Below, in pieces: positions 40,947-51,930 of a DNA stretch of 64,000 nt. This DNA is from Dicyema japonicum (lineage: Eukaryota; Animalia; Dicyemida). The stretch is from positions 1,608,657-1,672,656 of the forward strand of contig RDEW01000005.1 in the NCBI GenBank assembly GCA_011109175.1, written 5' to 3'. Numbering within the stretch: position 1 is the stretch's first letter; each line of letters starts with the position of its first letter. The position numbers and the translations under genes were made by a program. The notes under the pieces were generated by a model, which saw nothing but the letters and a program-made list of their open reading frames with translations, was not told the DNA's origin and made no database searches.

Positions 40947-41369
40947 ATGATTATTTTATGTCCCCCAAAGGGAAAGCCAAAAACCTAAAGCGGCTGAAAT
41001 ATGATGACCACCCCCATGACCTTAAGTTTGTTTTTCTCGCTGTGGAAAAATCTGGAACCCTCTGACATTTTCCCCCACCTTTTTCGGTCGATTTGGAAGT
41101 CTAATCTTGGCTAGATCGGTAATTTCTGAGAACACCGATGGCTGTTTGAGTGTATCTCCATCGCAGTCCTTAGATAACATTGTCATGTAGTCAGGGTCTC
41201 AGCCATATAACTCCTCCGAAGTTGAATAATAATTTGTTATTTTGTTATTTCTAGGATTTTTAACTATTTTTTGTATTTATTTAAATAAAAAAAACAGACA
41301 AATTTGTAACCAATTTTTTATACGATTTTTTTATTTAAATAATAGAGAAACAGTCATCCGAGAGTCACA

Positions 41370-41470
41370 TAGCAGCCGCTTGGCTATTCCCTCTCAGAAC
41401 GGAAAGCGAAATTCGCTCAAATAGCCAGCAACGCTCATGAGGATCCCCCGTTCGTGTAGAAATCCGATTC
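41370..41470 (+). repeat. Dispersed structured repeat family X, copy 3
   Basis: GGCTATT (41382-41388) ... AATAGCC (41420-41426) ... GAGGATC ... AAATCCGATTCCC. Confidence 0.8.
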
Positions 41471-41639
41471 CCTGGACCAGTTTTTCTCAACCTTTCTTCG
41501 TATTGGCCCTATAATGATGTCCACCTCATCGTTGAGAATAAATGATAACTTCCTAAAATGGCGTTGTCTTCTGGAAGCCCCCTTGACGAGGAGATTCTTG
41601 TCAGGAAGAGGGGAGAATTCGTTAACACGTGCAAAATGA

Positions 41640-41715
41640 AGTTTTTATAACGAAATCTTGCTGAAGGAATTTTAAAGTCTCCACCAATGCAACAATCCAC
41701 GACTCAATCACTGCC
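41640..41715 (-). pseudogene. Duplicated fragment of a TSR exon of the neighbouring gene
   Basis: TATAACGAAATCT(T/G)GCTGAAGGA.TTTTA.AGTCTCCA.CAATGCAAC is shared with 43417-43467. CIGGDFKIPSARFRY corresponds to CIDGDCKTPSARFRY. Confidence 0.7.
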
Positions 41716-42481
41716 CTAGACGACTCCATTTACTATTTATTTCAACTTTTTTAATAATATTTAGGCAAAATAAAAATGGACGACTTATTAACGTAAGAAT
41801 GAGATAAATCGTCCAAACTTATTTATGTCAACTTCTATGACATAATAGCCGTGGTTATCTGTACTGATAGGAACTAAATCAATTCATTATGATTGCTGGC
41901 TATGAGTGAAGCGAACTGCGCTGCTAGTGTGGGATTTAAATACAATCAGTAGAATTGAAGAAAAACCGGAGAGCATGGTGATGATTTAATTTATCAATAA
42001 AAATAGGTTATTTTAGAAACTAATTATTTAATTCCCACCGACTTTATTGATGCGGCGTTTCCCTCGGGGCCGCTGTGAGGAAGATCAAGGACTTGTTGCT
42101 CATCACTCCAGTTGTCTCGATAGCAATCGTGCGGAAGGCCGAGGAGTCTTTTATACTTCTTTTCTTTAGCTTTCTCTGTTTTTTTTAAAGTACCTTTACC
42201 GCGCTCCCGATGATGTTAGTGGGGAACAGAGAGTCAACACATGTTGCATTCCGAACTAACGATTTCAAACGAAAGATTATTAGTTCTTCTTGTCGCTTTC
42301 CATCTCCCCTATCCAGGGCTCCAGTATGGGAGGGTGTGTATGATGATTGAATATGAAAGTGTCTGAAAAATACTTAATCTCTGCTTTTCGACAATTTTGA
42401 TTTATAGAATAAACGCCACATTTTAAAAGTTAAAAGCATGATGCAATAAAAATTATAAAAATTAATTTCCATCCGTGAATT

Positions 42482-44420
42482 TTACAGGTCCATTTTGTAT
42501 TTGCTAATCAAATCATTTCTGTGATTTATGACCATAATTTTTCTACAATGACAAAAATAAATATACCCAACGACAAATGTTGCTGTAACCATTAATACGA
42601 CAAATAAAATAAAAAACACGATTACAGCAACATTTCGTGTTTTAGTGATGACTCTAACAAATACATTTCTTGGTTTCACAACATCCACTGTGTAAGTTTC
42701 CATAAGCCATTTTCTGACTGTCGAAGGCTCCACCGCATAACAGGACCAATTTCCAGCAGCTGTATATTTTATGTTAGGGATCTCTAAAGAACCAGAATTT
42801 GCGGTTTTTGTGTTCTGGGTTGATTAATTTACAAATTACCAAGGCGATGAAATCCTCGTGGAACCAGATTGTGTAGGAATGGGGGAAGAGAGTTCGAAAG
42901 TAATCCAAATTGCAATTCAGAGTCACATTCGAATTCATTTCTGCTATTATTTTAGAACTAGCATTTCCAATGACAGTCACCACGTGTACATCATAAATCT
43001 CTGTCATAGAAGATGTCTTTTGTAGCTAAAATTAACCAACAATCTACCTCACAAGTGTATATTCCCTTATCTGTGAAATCAACTTCTTGTTTAACCAATG
43101 TAGTCCCGCAAACCTCTAATCCGACCTTGAATCTCAAAGGCATTCCGTTTTTCTTCCACATTAATTTATCCCTTTGTTTTTCTACATCTCCCTCGTTCTG
43201 AAAATAAGATTAAAGTTATATACATTGCAGTCAATGAGCATGTTATCTCCAGGGTGAACAACGTGCTGATTTCTTGCTGTCCACAAACCGAGTTTGAGTG
43301 CAACAAGCCGATCTCCTGTCATTTTTAACTTTGCTGGTTCACATTTTATTCCCCCAAAACAGAATGATAAATCATAAGAACGTCCAATGCAATTTTCTTT
43401 CTTCAAAATACAGTTTCTATAACGAAATCTGGCTGAAGGAGTTTTACAGTCTCCATCAATGCAACTACTCCAGGGACTCCAAACTGTCCAACCCTCAAAT
43501 AAATCAACAAAATTACTCGGGGAACATCAAGACATCGCGGGAAACGAGAAACATCGTGGCACAACTTCCTCTCAATAATTTCTGTATGAAAACTGCACCT
43601 TACAAGTGTATTATTGCCTAATCTGCATTTCCTCGTTCTATAAATATTCTGAAATTTTTAAATTTAGTTAAACTTGAGTTGTCCCAATATCGTAGAAAAC
43701 TGCACTATTACACGTGTTTTCGTGACATTCCCACTCACTCCACTCTTCAACGTATATTTTTTTGCATTCTCCGACAATGCAAGGAAATTCCTGTTTTATA
43801 AACTCTGTCGGACACTAATCAATGCTTAAAACACAAAACTGTTATATTTGATGAGGACTTGAACAATATTTTATCATCGTAATGCTTCCTTCAGCACAAT
43901 CACGGAATATTTTTTCACGGATATTTTTGGGTGAGCACTTATCGAATGGAGTCCAATCTGTCCAATTACCACGTATATTTCCTTCCCCTGAACATTCGGG
44001 AGTGTAACATGCCATTTTTATTGTCGATGTGGTTGATCCAAAGCATAATCTATAAATCGTTTAATATAAAGGTCACTTATTTCTTATTGTGCAATTGGAA
44101 AGTGCGTCACATAAGAGACAATTGCGAGTGTGGTAAACCATCCCATATGGTTCGTCACATTTTCTGGGGCACTCAGTGAAATTCCAATGATCCCATTTTA
44201 TCTAAATTTGAAAGTAACACGTGTACGTGCAAATAAGGAATTAATGACTGCGTGAAACCAAAAAATATGATCAAAAACATTAACATTGAAAATATTACCA
44301 GCAGTCATATTTCAGCCAATTTATTCCGTAAAAATATTTCCTAACCTGGCAACAATGCCTAACTAAAATTAAGTCAGGTCACAATCACACTTGCACCATG
44401 TGTCTAAATTTCAAAAATAA
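42482..44420 (-). CDS. Type I membrane protein with thrombospondin type-1 repeats and Ig-like domains, 5' end uncertain
   Basis: TSR-like motifs ECPRKCDEPYGMVYHTRNC, GNWTDWTPFDKCS, EEWSEWECHENTC and WTVWSPWSSCIDGDC..RFRYRNC. Ig-like NVTLNC and AGNWSCYAV. TM VAVIVFFILFVVLMVTATFVVGYIYF and a short tail ending KMDL*. Confidence 0.7.
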
Positions 44421-44499
44421 CTTTATTTAGTTTTTTTAATTACATCACTATTAAATTGTATATTTTCTTCCATTTTGAGGAAAATTTATTTAACAAAAG

Positions 44500-45060
44500 T
44501 TTCCAAAAATATAAACATCCTTTCCTGACTATCCTCAATGACCGGACGCTCACAAAGGACCCCGACCCGCAGAAGGGACAGTCCAACATCCCGGACTTTC
44601 TCTTTGTTCTCCTTCTATGGCTGGATGTATTTCATGGAATGTTGTTATGGTTTCTTAAACGACCATAACCCCATTATGTTGACACTTAGAAGGCCTATTT
44701 GTTCACTGTGTTGTTCTACAAAGTTTAACAATTATTTGAAGGCTGACTGGCAAGGTTTCAGGAGCATGTGGACAATAGTCTGCTTGACCTTACTACGGTT
44801 AATTGTACAGTAGAGAACGGCCAAAATTCTGTCTGCTATCATTTTGAAAGCTGATAAACTATTTATACCTGTCGCCTCTTACAAGAAGTTCAATCCAAGA
44901 TTATCATCGCAAATTGTGTCACTCATCAAGAAACGAGATGCGCTGAAGAGAAACAGGACGCAGTCCAATATCTCCTTTTATTCTATACGTTCACTGAATA
45001 CCAAATTATCTGACTTATCCGAATTAATAACAGACTCAAATGGAGCCTTCTAGTTGGACG
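44500..45060 (+). mobile_element. Vingi-like APE-end/linker fragment
   Basis: LTILND...PDF...DHNPIMLTL...NNYLKADW..F...LIKKRDALKR, comparable to 35800-36300 and 58850-59300. Confidence 0.6.
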
Positions 45061-45111
45061 ACTATGTCACAAAAACTCTTGTGCCACATTTTGGAAAACG
45101 CTAAGAAGGAT

Positions 45112-45441
45112 TAATATTATTAATTAACCCCGGATACACCGAGAAAGAAGTTAAAGTAAACAACTAATTAAGTGTATCCAGTTTCCACTTCTACAGAAAC
45201 AGAGTCCATCCGGAATCAGCATAAAAGGTAAGACGTCCATTACATGCAGTTGTGGAAACCCCTCCCGTGGAGTGGGGGAGAGCAAATGATCCTTTTTCGT
45301 GCCGGCCTGGCACTGGGCGTCACCTAGACAGGTGAATCACATGACGCCACTCTAATAGGAAGAGAGAGGAGGAACAGACAAACAAGCAGAAAACTTCAAC
45401 CAATTAGCCACGCAGCACCACATGGCGCCACGCGGCGATCA
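45112..45441 (-). mobile_element. Complete short non-autonomous Vingi-like element with 12-bp TSD
   Basis: GCTAAGAAGGAT at 45100-45111 and 45442-45453. Head, pseudoknot (45287-45348), GGATACACTTAA and CTCGGTGTATCCGGGGT(TAA)n tail. Confidence 0.88.
45287..45348 (-). ncRNA. Candidate HDV-like double-pseudoknot RNA (best copy)
   Basis: GGCGTC ATG TGATTC ACC TGTCTA GGT GACGCC CA GTGCC AGGCC GGCAC GAAAAA GGATCA. P1, P2, P3 and P4 all pair, with a possible P1.1 TG/CA. Confidence 0.55.
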
Positions 45442-46119
45442 GCTAAGAAGGATCAATAGCCTTATCAATGAGAAGGACTGCGGAACTGATGTCGTTACCC
45501 GCAATGCTTCGGAACCCGCTCGCAAACTTGCAAACAAGATTATGAAATACTAAGTATCGATGAGCCATGACTTCTTTATTCTCCGCCTTCTTTAAATGCT
45601 AAGCAAATAATATATTGCTAAAAGATCTTAAGTTCCATTGATAGAGAGGCTCTGGTCTTGGAGTTGTGAGTTATTGAGATTACTCTGCCGGTAAACATTA
45701 TGTTGCTCGTTATAGATCTCTTGGGGTTTCCATGAGGATTTTGAATAACTGTCAAACATTTCCCTCTTATTAATCATCATGATTGTTATATCGTCAACAA
45801 CGATTATTCTCTCGTCATTAGAATGAGACCACCAGAGAAAAACAGTGGATTTCTGTTAATGCCGTCAAATTGACACGCCGTGGTTATGAGCGTTCCACGT
45901 TGTCAGAAGACGTTCATATACCTTACACTCGCCTTTATATACCAACATTCTCAGAACAACGATAGTATCCTACATGTGCGTGCTTCCACGTGTTTGACGT
46001 CTTACGTCCATAACATGATACTGAAATCGATTCTTTTATTGGCAATAATTTTAACAATTTCTAAAACAAGGGGTCAGGTTTGGGTTTTTTTTCAACAACA
46101 GTTTGCTAATGACAAGTAA

Positions 46120-46890
46120 GGAATCTTTTAGAATCTCCTTCCGTGACTGTAGCAATTGTTCAGTCACACCTAAGCCGGGTATGTGACTGGCTATCTGCAA
46201 ATATGTTATGTGTGTCAGCATCTAAATCCCAGTTCACCATTTTCACTACTGATAGAAGATTTAAGGATGGACTCGAACTGTTTTTAGAGATACTTCTATC
46301 CCTTCTACGCGGACCCAGAAGATTCTTAGGGTAGTTTACGACTCTCTGATGACGTTCTCGAGACACGTGGAAGAGGTGCTTGCCAATGGTCTTCGGAAAT
46401 GGAACATTTTAAAAGCGATCATAAATAAGAGCCCCTCCCCCTGCAGCTTGCGTCAACAAGGTCTACCAACAAGTCAATGTTTTTACTATTGAATATGCCT
46501 GCTCCGCCAGGAGATTCTCCATTCCCTCTTCGAGAATTGATCGTTTGAACTTTCTCAGGCATAAAATTATGCACCACACTGACATCTCCATTGGCGGCCT
46601 CGTTTTAGATGAGACGACGTTGAAGTGAGGGTTTCCTACGTTTTTGCAAGGAACTGGGAAACCCATTCAAGGAAAAGGTGTCCCATGCAGAGGAATTTCG
46701 GTCGGTTATAAAAAAGTGCACGCCGATTGAATTCTATGCAGAAAGAAGAGAAGGCGCTTCCGGAATGTGGTTGGGTCGTCAGAAGACTAGGCGAAGAGAG
46801 TTTGGATGTTGTTGGAGGCTGGGATCACCTAATTAGTTAGTATTGACCTATCTTTCTTGGTGGCCTTGGAATTAAATATAAATATAAACG
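46120..46890 (+). mobile_element. Vingi-like 3' half
   Basis: VQSHLSRVCDWLSANMLCVSASKSQFTIFT...IEYACSA. Ends GGCTGGGATCACCTAA (46821-46832) plus tail. Confidence 0.85.
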
Positions 46891-47419
46891 GAATATCTCC
46901 GAAAACACTTTTATCTCAATCTTTTGGTAACTATTCTGCCTTCACCTGCTTATGGATACAATTGGAGTTTTTTCATTCAGATGAAAGAAAGGACAATCCT
47001 GCTACTAGAAAAATCGAGAACGGCTATTAAGAAAACTGAGTATGGATCATGAGATGTCACTAAAAACAGTTAAAACAGTTATAGATACTGTGGAAGAGAG
47101 GATTAGCAAATCAATTTCCTTGTTAAGTTCATTCATTCACTTGCCGATCTAAATGAGACATATAGCGATCGAAATAAATAAAATTTTCACGTGGTTTATT
47201 TGTTCGTGAAAAAAGCAGCTTACATTTGTAGTTAACCAAGTAACTACTTGACGGTTTCTTTAGTATTGGCTACGGGATGAGCCTCGAACTTCCGTTTCCA
47301 AAACTTGTTGCAAAGAGCAAACACTACAACCAAATAGTTATCAGAAAAGAACTTTAGGGATAACTTCTTTTTGAGATGCAACGATTAATCAAAAAACTAC
47401 TACACTTATCAAAGCCATA

Positions 47420-47714
47420 TTAGCTATAGCTCCGCTCAGGCAGGATACATACTTTATTTAAGTAAAGAACAGTTATTATAACTAATCGACGAGGGAGAAC
47501 CAAAGAATGCTCTTCACTTCTTTTTTTTCTTTTAGCTGGGTGTATCTCCTTTATAGACGATTTGGTTGCGCAGTGAAATGTTTACTGATGTTGACTTCAC
47601 TCGTCAAGCCAAAGCATCGAGATGCGTAGAACCTTCAACCGAAATGTACATCATTGGGATTCGAACTAGGGACCTTCAAACCTCTTTCCTGGCGACCGTT
47701 GCACTGCGTCACCG
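47420..47714 (-). mobile_element. tRNA-derived SINE, copy 3 (best head)
   Basis: Head GGTGACGCAGTGCAACG...GGTCCCTAGTTCGAATCCC with a clear B-box/T-arm. Shared AAGTAAAGAACAGTTAT core at 47460. Confidence 0.8.
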
Positions 47715-48114
47715 ATTAATCAAATAACTTGGAATAACATGTCAAAACAAATCCACGTGTTTTAAGAGCTGATGCAAGGACATTTTAAACCTTTAAGGAT
47801 AAACCAAATACAAATCCGAAGTTGAAATTTTCTAGTCGTTTAAAGCAAAGAATAATGCTTCTTCCAACCGATGAAGTCTCATGAGTTCTTGACTCTGAAC
47901 ATTAGGTTTCATCGAAAAAGTCGAACCTTTAATATGGAAGCTAAGTTCTTAGAGCGAGATAAAAGATTTTGTTGGGTATTTACTGAGAGGTAACTCTCAG
48001 TCGGCTATTAGGGTGATTCTGACCTTTAGCTGCGTATTTCCTAAAATTCCATTTTAAGACAACCCACTAAAAATTAATTTTTTATTAAGGAAAGAAAAGA
48101 GAGTAAACAGTTAT

Positions 48115-48165
48115 ATAGCGGCTGCCCTGACTGCGTGGCTATTTCCTTTCAGGATGGCGACCCAC
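48115..48165 (+). repeat. Dispersed structured repeat family X, 5' fragment
   Basis: ATAGCGGCTGCCCTGACTGCGTGGCTATTTCCTTTCAGGATGGC. Confidence 0.7.
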
Positions 48166-48239
48166 TAAGATATATAATTTATTTAAATTTGAATTGGAGA
48201 AATTGAGAAAATATAAAATTTTATCTAAAGAATTAGAGT

Positions 48240-48478
48240 TAACCCGATGAGAAATCTAAAAGTGCTCTCAAAAACACTTAAGGACAAAACTGGGAGCCTT
48301 GCCACACTTTATGAACAATTTATCCGACCCACGATGACATATGCAAGTCCATCGTGGGCAACTCAGATTTCACGCTTCTCGTCCATTAAACTATCCGTAG
48401 TCCAGGAGGTTGCAATAAAGTTAATTGGACCAGTTTTTTCTTTCTCTTTGACCCAGTGATCCTGGGGTAATAATAATC
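48240..48478 (+). mobile_element. Vingi-like C-terminal fragment
   Basis: LYEQFIRPTMTYASPSWA...VVQEVAIKLI, then the tail CTGGGG(TAA)n. Confidence 0.7.
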
Positions 48479-49118
48479 TACCATGTAAAGGTTGTCCCAA
48501 TAGTTCTCACTTGAGATGGTGTGGTGACATCTTAAAATATGCAGCCTCAAAGAACATAAGCGAGAGGACATGTGGTTATATACAACTATTATCACTAAAG
48601 AAGACCTTGGAGAGTATGATTGTCTCATATAGACAGCGAACCAGTCTTTGGTAACACAATTTTCGAGTCGGAAAATTGATTGAAGACATTTATTACCACT
48701 CTGATTTATATGAAACATCCCTTACTCATTTTGTCTCATCCGCACTTGACAAAGACGCAAGTATGATACATTCGAAACGACAACTGTCAAATGAGAAAAA
48801 TTAGTCTTATAAATGGACTTCGGTCAGATTGATATTTTTTATATCTCTTATCCGGGTCAACCTACTAGTTCTCTACAGAACCAAATATACCCGTCGGATC
48901 TCTGGGAGCGTCCACTCTTGGCTGTAACGTTTTTGATAGCCACCGGTTTTTCATTTCATTCGAATGAACGGAGGGAAAATAAATGAATAAATAAATGGAT
49001 ATTTTGTTTACTATTTATTTATTATCTATTTAAAACCAAAAATTATCAAATATATTTTAATTTAAAAACAAGAGACTTATTAAATAATTAAAATTTATTT
49101 AAATTCGAATTTAGTTAC

Positions 49119-50845
49119 ATGTGGAGATCAGATTCGCAGGTAAATATTGACGATTCTCCCGCAAGAAATCTTCGCTCAAGAACCGCTTTAAAGTATTCAG
49201 TAATAATTCATTGACAGTAAATCTAATAAATCCATCGAATCTACCCTTCAAGAGATTTGTGAGAGATCCATAACGCCAGTTAAAAGACGGAAAAAATTAG
49301 AATATCCGCACCAGACACCCTCTCCAAAGAAGAAACTGAAACACGAAGAAACTCCGTCTCAGACTCCCTCGCCAATGAAAATAAGGAAAAAACTAGAAAA
49401 TCCCTCACAGACGTTTTCGCCTAACACCGTATTCTCAAAATTAAACGAATTAAAAATATCCTCACCGGCAAACAAGCAAAAATGTGTGAAATCAAAGTCT
49501 ATCAAATTACTCGATAGCAAATCAGTTTTAATATTTTACTTAAAATAGAAAAATATAGAAAATCTAAAAATTGCTGCTAAAAAGTACTTGTTAAATATAT
49601 TTCAGACTCCACGGATCGGCGATCCCAAACGTCCTCGTGAGTCGAGACTCTGAATTCCAACAGATTGAGCAGTTCATCGAGTCCCAATTGAAATCTTTGA
49701 ATGGAGGGTACCACTGATATTAATTTTAGCTGTTTGTACGTCTCAGGAGTTCCCGGGAGTGGTAAAACCGCGACTGTGACTAGGGTGGTCCACATGTTAC
49801 AGAAGAAGAATTCTTCCAGACTAAAACTGTTGGAAGTAAACTGCATGAATATCTCAGAGCCAAAACAAATTGACTGTCACATCCACCAGTTGTTATTCTT
49901 AATATTTTGGCCTTATTTAGAAAGAAAGCTTCCCCAACAAATGCTCTGGAGACTTTGACCAGACATTTTTCGTCTGTGAGCGAATATAAATGGCCAAAAT
50001 TGTTCCTTATTCTTGATGAGGTTGTTTTGCGACTGATTTAGATGGATTTGTTGTGGACTCGGCGACAGGATGTGTTATACAACATGTTCGACTGGCCCTC
50101 GCAGTCATCACTGGCAGTAATAGCCATCTCCAACACGATCGACCTTCCAGAACGTCTCCTAAGTCATCGAGTGGCCAGCAGACTAGTTTTTGGTTAATTT
50201 ACTGTCCTAGGGGCCAAATCGGGTTTCTTTTAAGCCTTACATGTTTTCGGAGCTCAAATGTATTGTCATGCAGCGAGTTAGGGACCTGGAGGTATTCGAA
50301 GAAGAAGCTATCGAGTTTGCTTCTCGGAAGATCTCCTCAGTATCGGGAGATGCCCGTAGCATTCTTTCCGTCTGCCGAAGACTCATCGAGGCCCGACTTC
50401 TGGACCTTGAAACCGATTCTGTTTGTCGAAGGGGTAAGATTGGAATTCGTGATATGGACGAAATTTTTGCAAAAATTCACAATTCTTCAAAAATATCAGC
50501 AATTCGGTTTCCAAAGCTATTATTTACCGTCCTAGTAATTTGTCTACTGTAGAGAAAATAGCATTACGCAGTTTGGTCAGTGCACAGAGAAGCCTCTCCG
50601 CTGATTTCGTACCAATGCATGCCTTTTATACTCGTTTTGTCGATGCATGTAGGACCGAGGGTATTTTGTGGTTGGTAATATCTTCAGGGCATCAATTTGG
50701 TACCAGTCATTCGCATTTCATGAGTGTTGTGTTCAGTTTGTCTGCTTCGTCTGTTATTACGGTAGAGGATACGCGTAATGGTAGCTGTAAATTTGTTGTG
50801 TCCTCAAATATTTCTTTCGATGATGTATTACTGGCACTTTTGTGA
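49119..50845 (+). CDS. ORC1: Origin recognition complex subunit 1, lacking a BAH domain
   Basis: [89 protein letters not shown]. Several micro-introns. Confidence 0.88.
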
Positions 50846-51599
50846 CATTATTATAAAACTCTTCATTGTATTTTAGTCTGCTATTGAGGTCATGGTATTT
50901 GTTGATTTGGCTATATTGAATTACTCATGGTCAGGGGAATTTTAGATTGAACGGGGGTTACTTTCTAATGTGAACTAATGTGAATGCTCCTCTTTTATCA
51001 TGTATTTGCTATCTCTACTTTATGATAGCGTTTACTATCTAAATAAAAAACAAATACAAAAAATTAGAGTTTTGGGGGAGAAGCCCGGACTGCATGACTA
51101 TACTCAATCTAGGCTGCGAGAGGAACACGCTGTATAGCCAGCAGCAGTCACAGATGTCCTATGAGTGGGTTGAGATTAAATTTCCAAGTATTTTGAAAAA
51201 AATGTAGGACAAATGTCTGAAGACTCTGAAGGTTTCCATGGCAAGAGGAATAAAGTCACTTAACTGAGGAGGTCAGCATACTTCTGACGCTTCAATGTTT
51301 GGTCATCTAGCGATTCAACATGCATTGGCGGAGTTGAGGGAGGCTGCTCGAAGCAAAAGTGTCCGTAGACGTGACATCCTATCTCTGTCGGTATTCCTTC
51401 TTTCCAAATACTCCACTTGGATGGCTTTATGAGGTTCAGGACAACAAACAAGGACGGCGGTGTTTGTTAGTGGACAATAACTTTTGGAAAGATTTTCGGC
51501 AAACAACCAAAACCAACTGCGGACTGAATTTTGTAATCTTCCTGCTTTTGAAAAAGCGTAGCTCAACACCAAGCCGTAGTCCATCTCATAATGAGGATG

Positions 51600-51930
51600 G
51601 CTTAAGAATGAGCAACCAGAAAAATAGAACTCTTGCAGGTAATCCTGGCAGATAGCCTCTTGAAGACCAAGTCGACAGCACCTAGACGAACTCAGTTTTC
51701 TTTCTCGTCAAAAGCGATCAGGTTAGCGAAGAATAGGACTTGTAGGACTACCTCATCTAGACCCCGAGAGAATCTGGTTCGTAAGTGAAGTGATAAATGA
51801 TATAAGACACAGTCGGATCTCCAACAGACAGAGGAATCAGATCTTTCAAATGGTAGAGTCTACGCTCTTGGCGATTAGGGAGCTCACTTTGAATGCGATA
51901 GGTCGCAGAATGTGAGAGAAGGGGATGAAC
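51600..51930 (-). mobile_element. RTE C-terminal relic
   Basis: Degenerate W..H.TNQIL...RK..W.G pattern. Confidence 0.4.
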
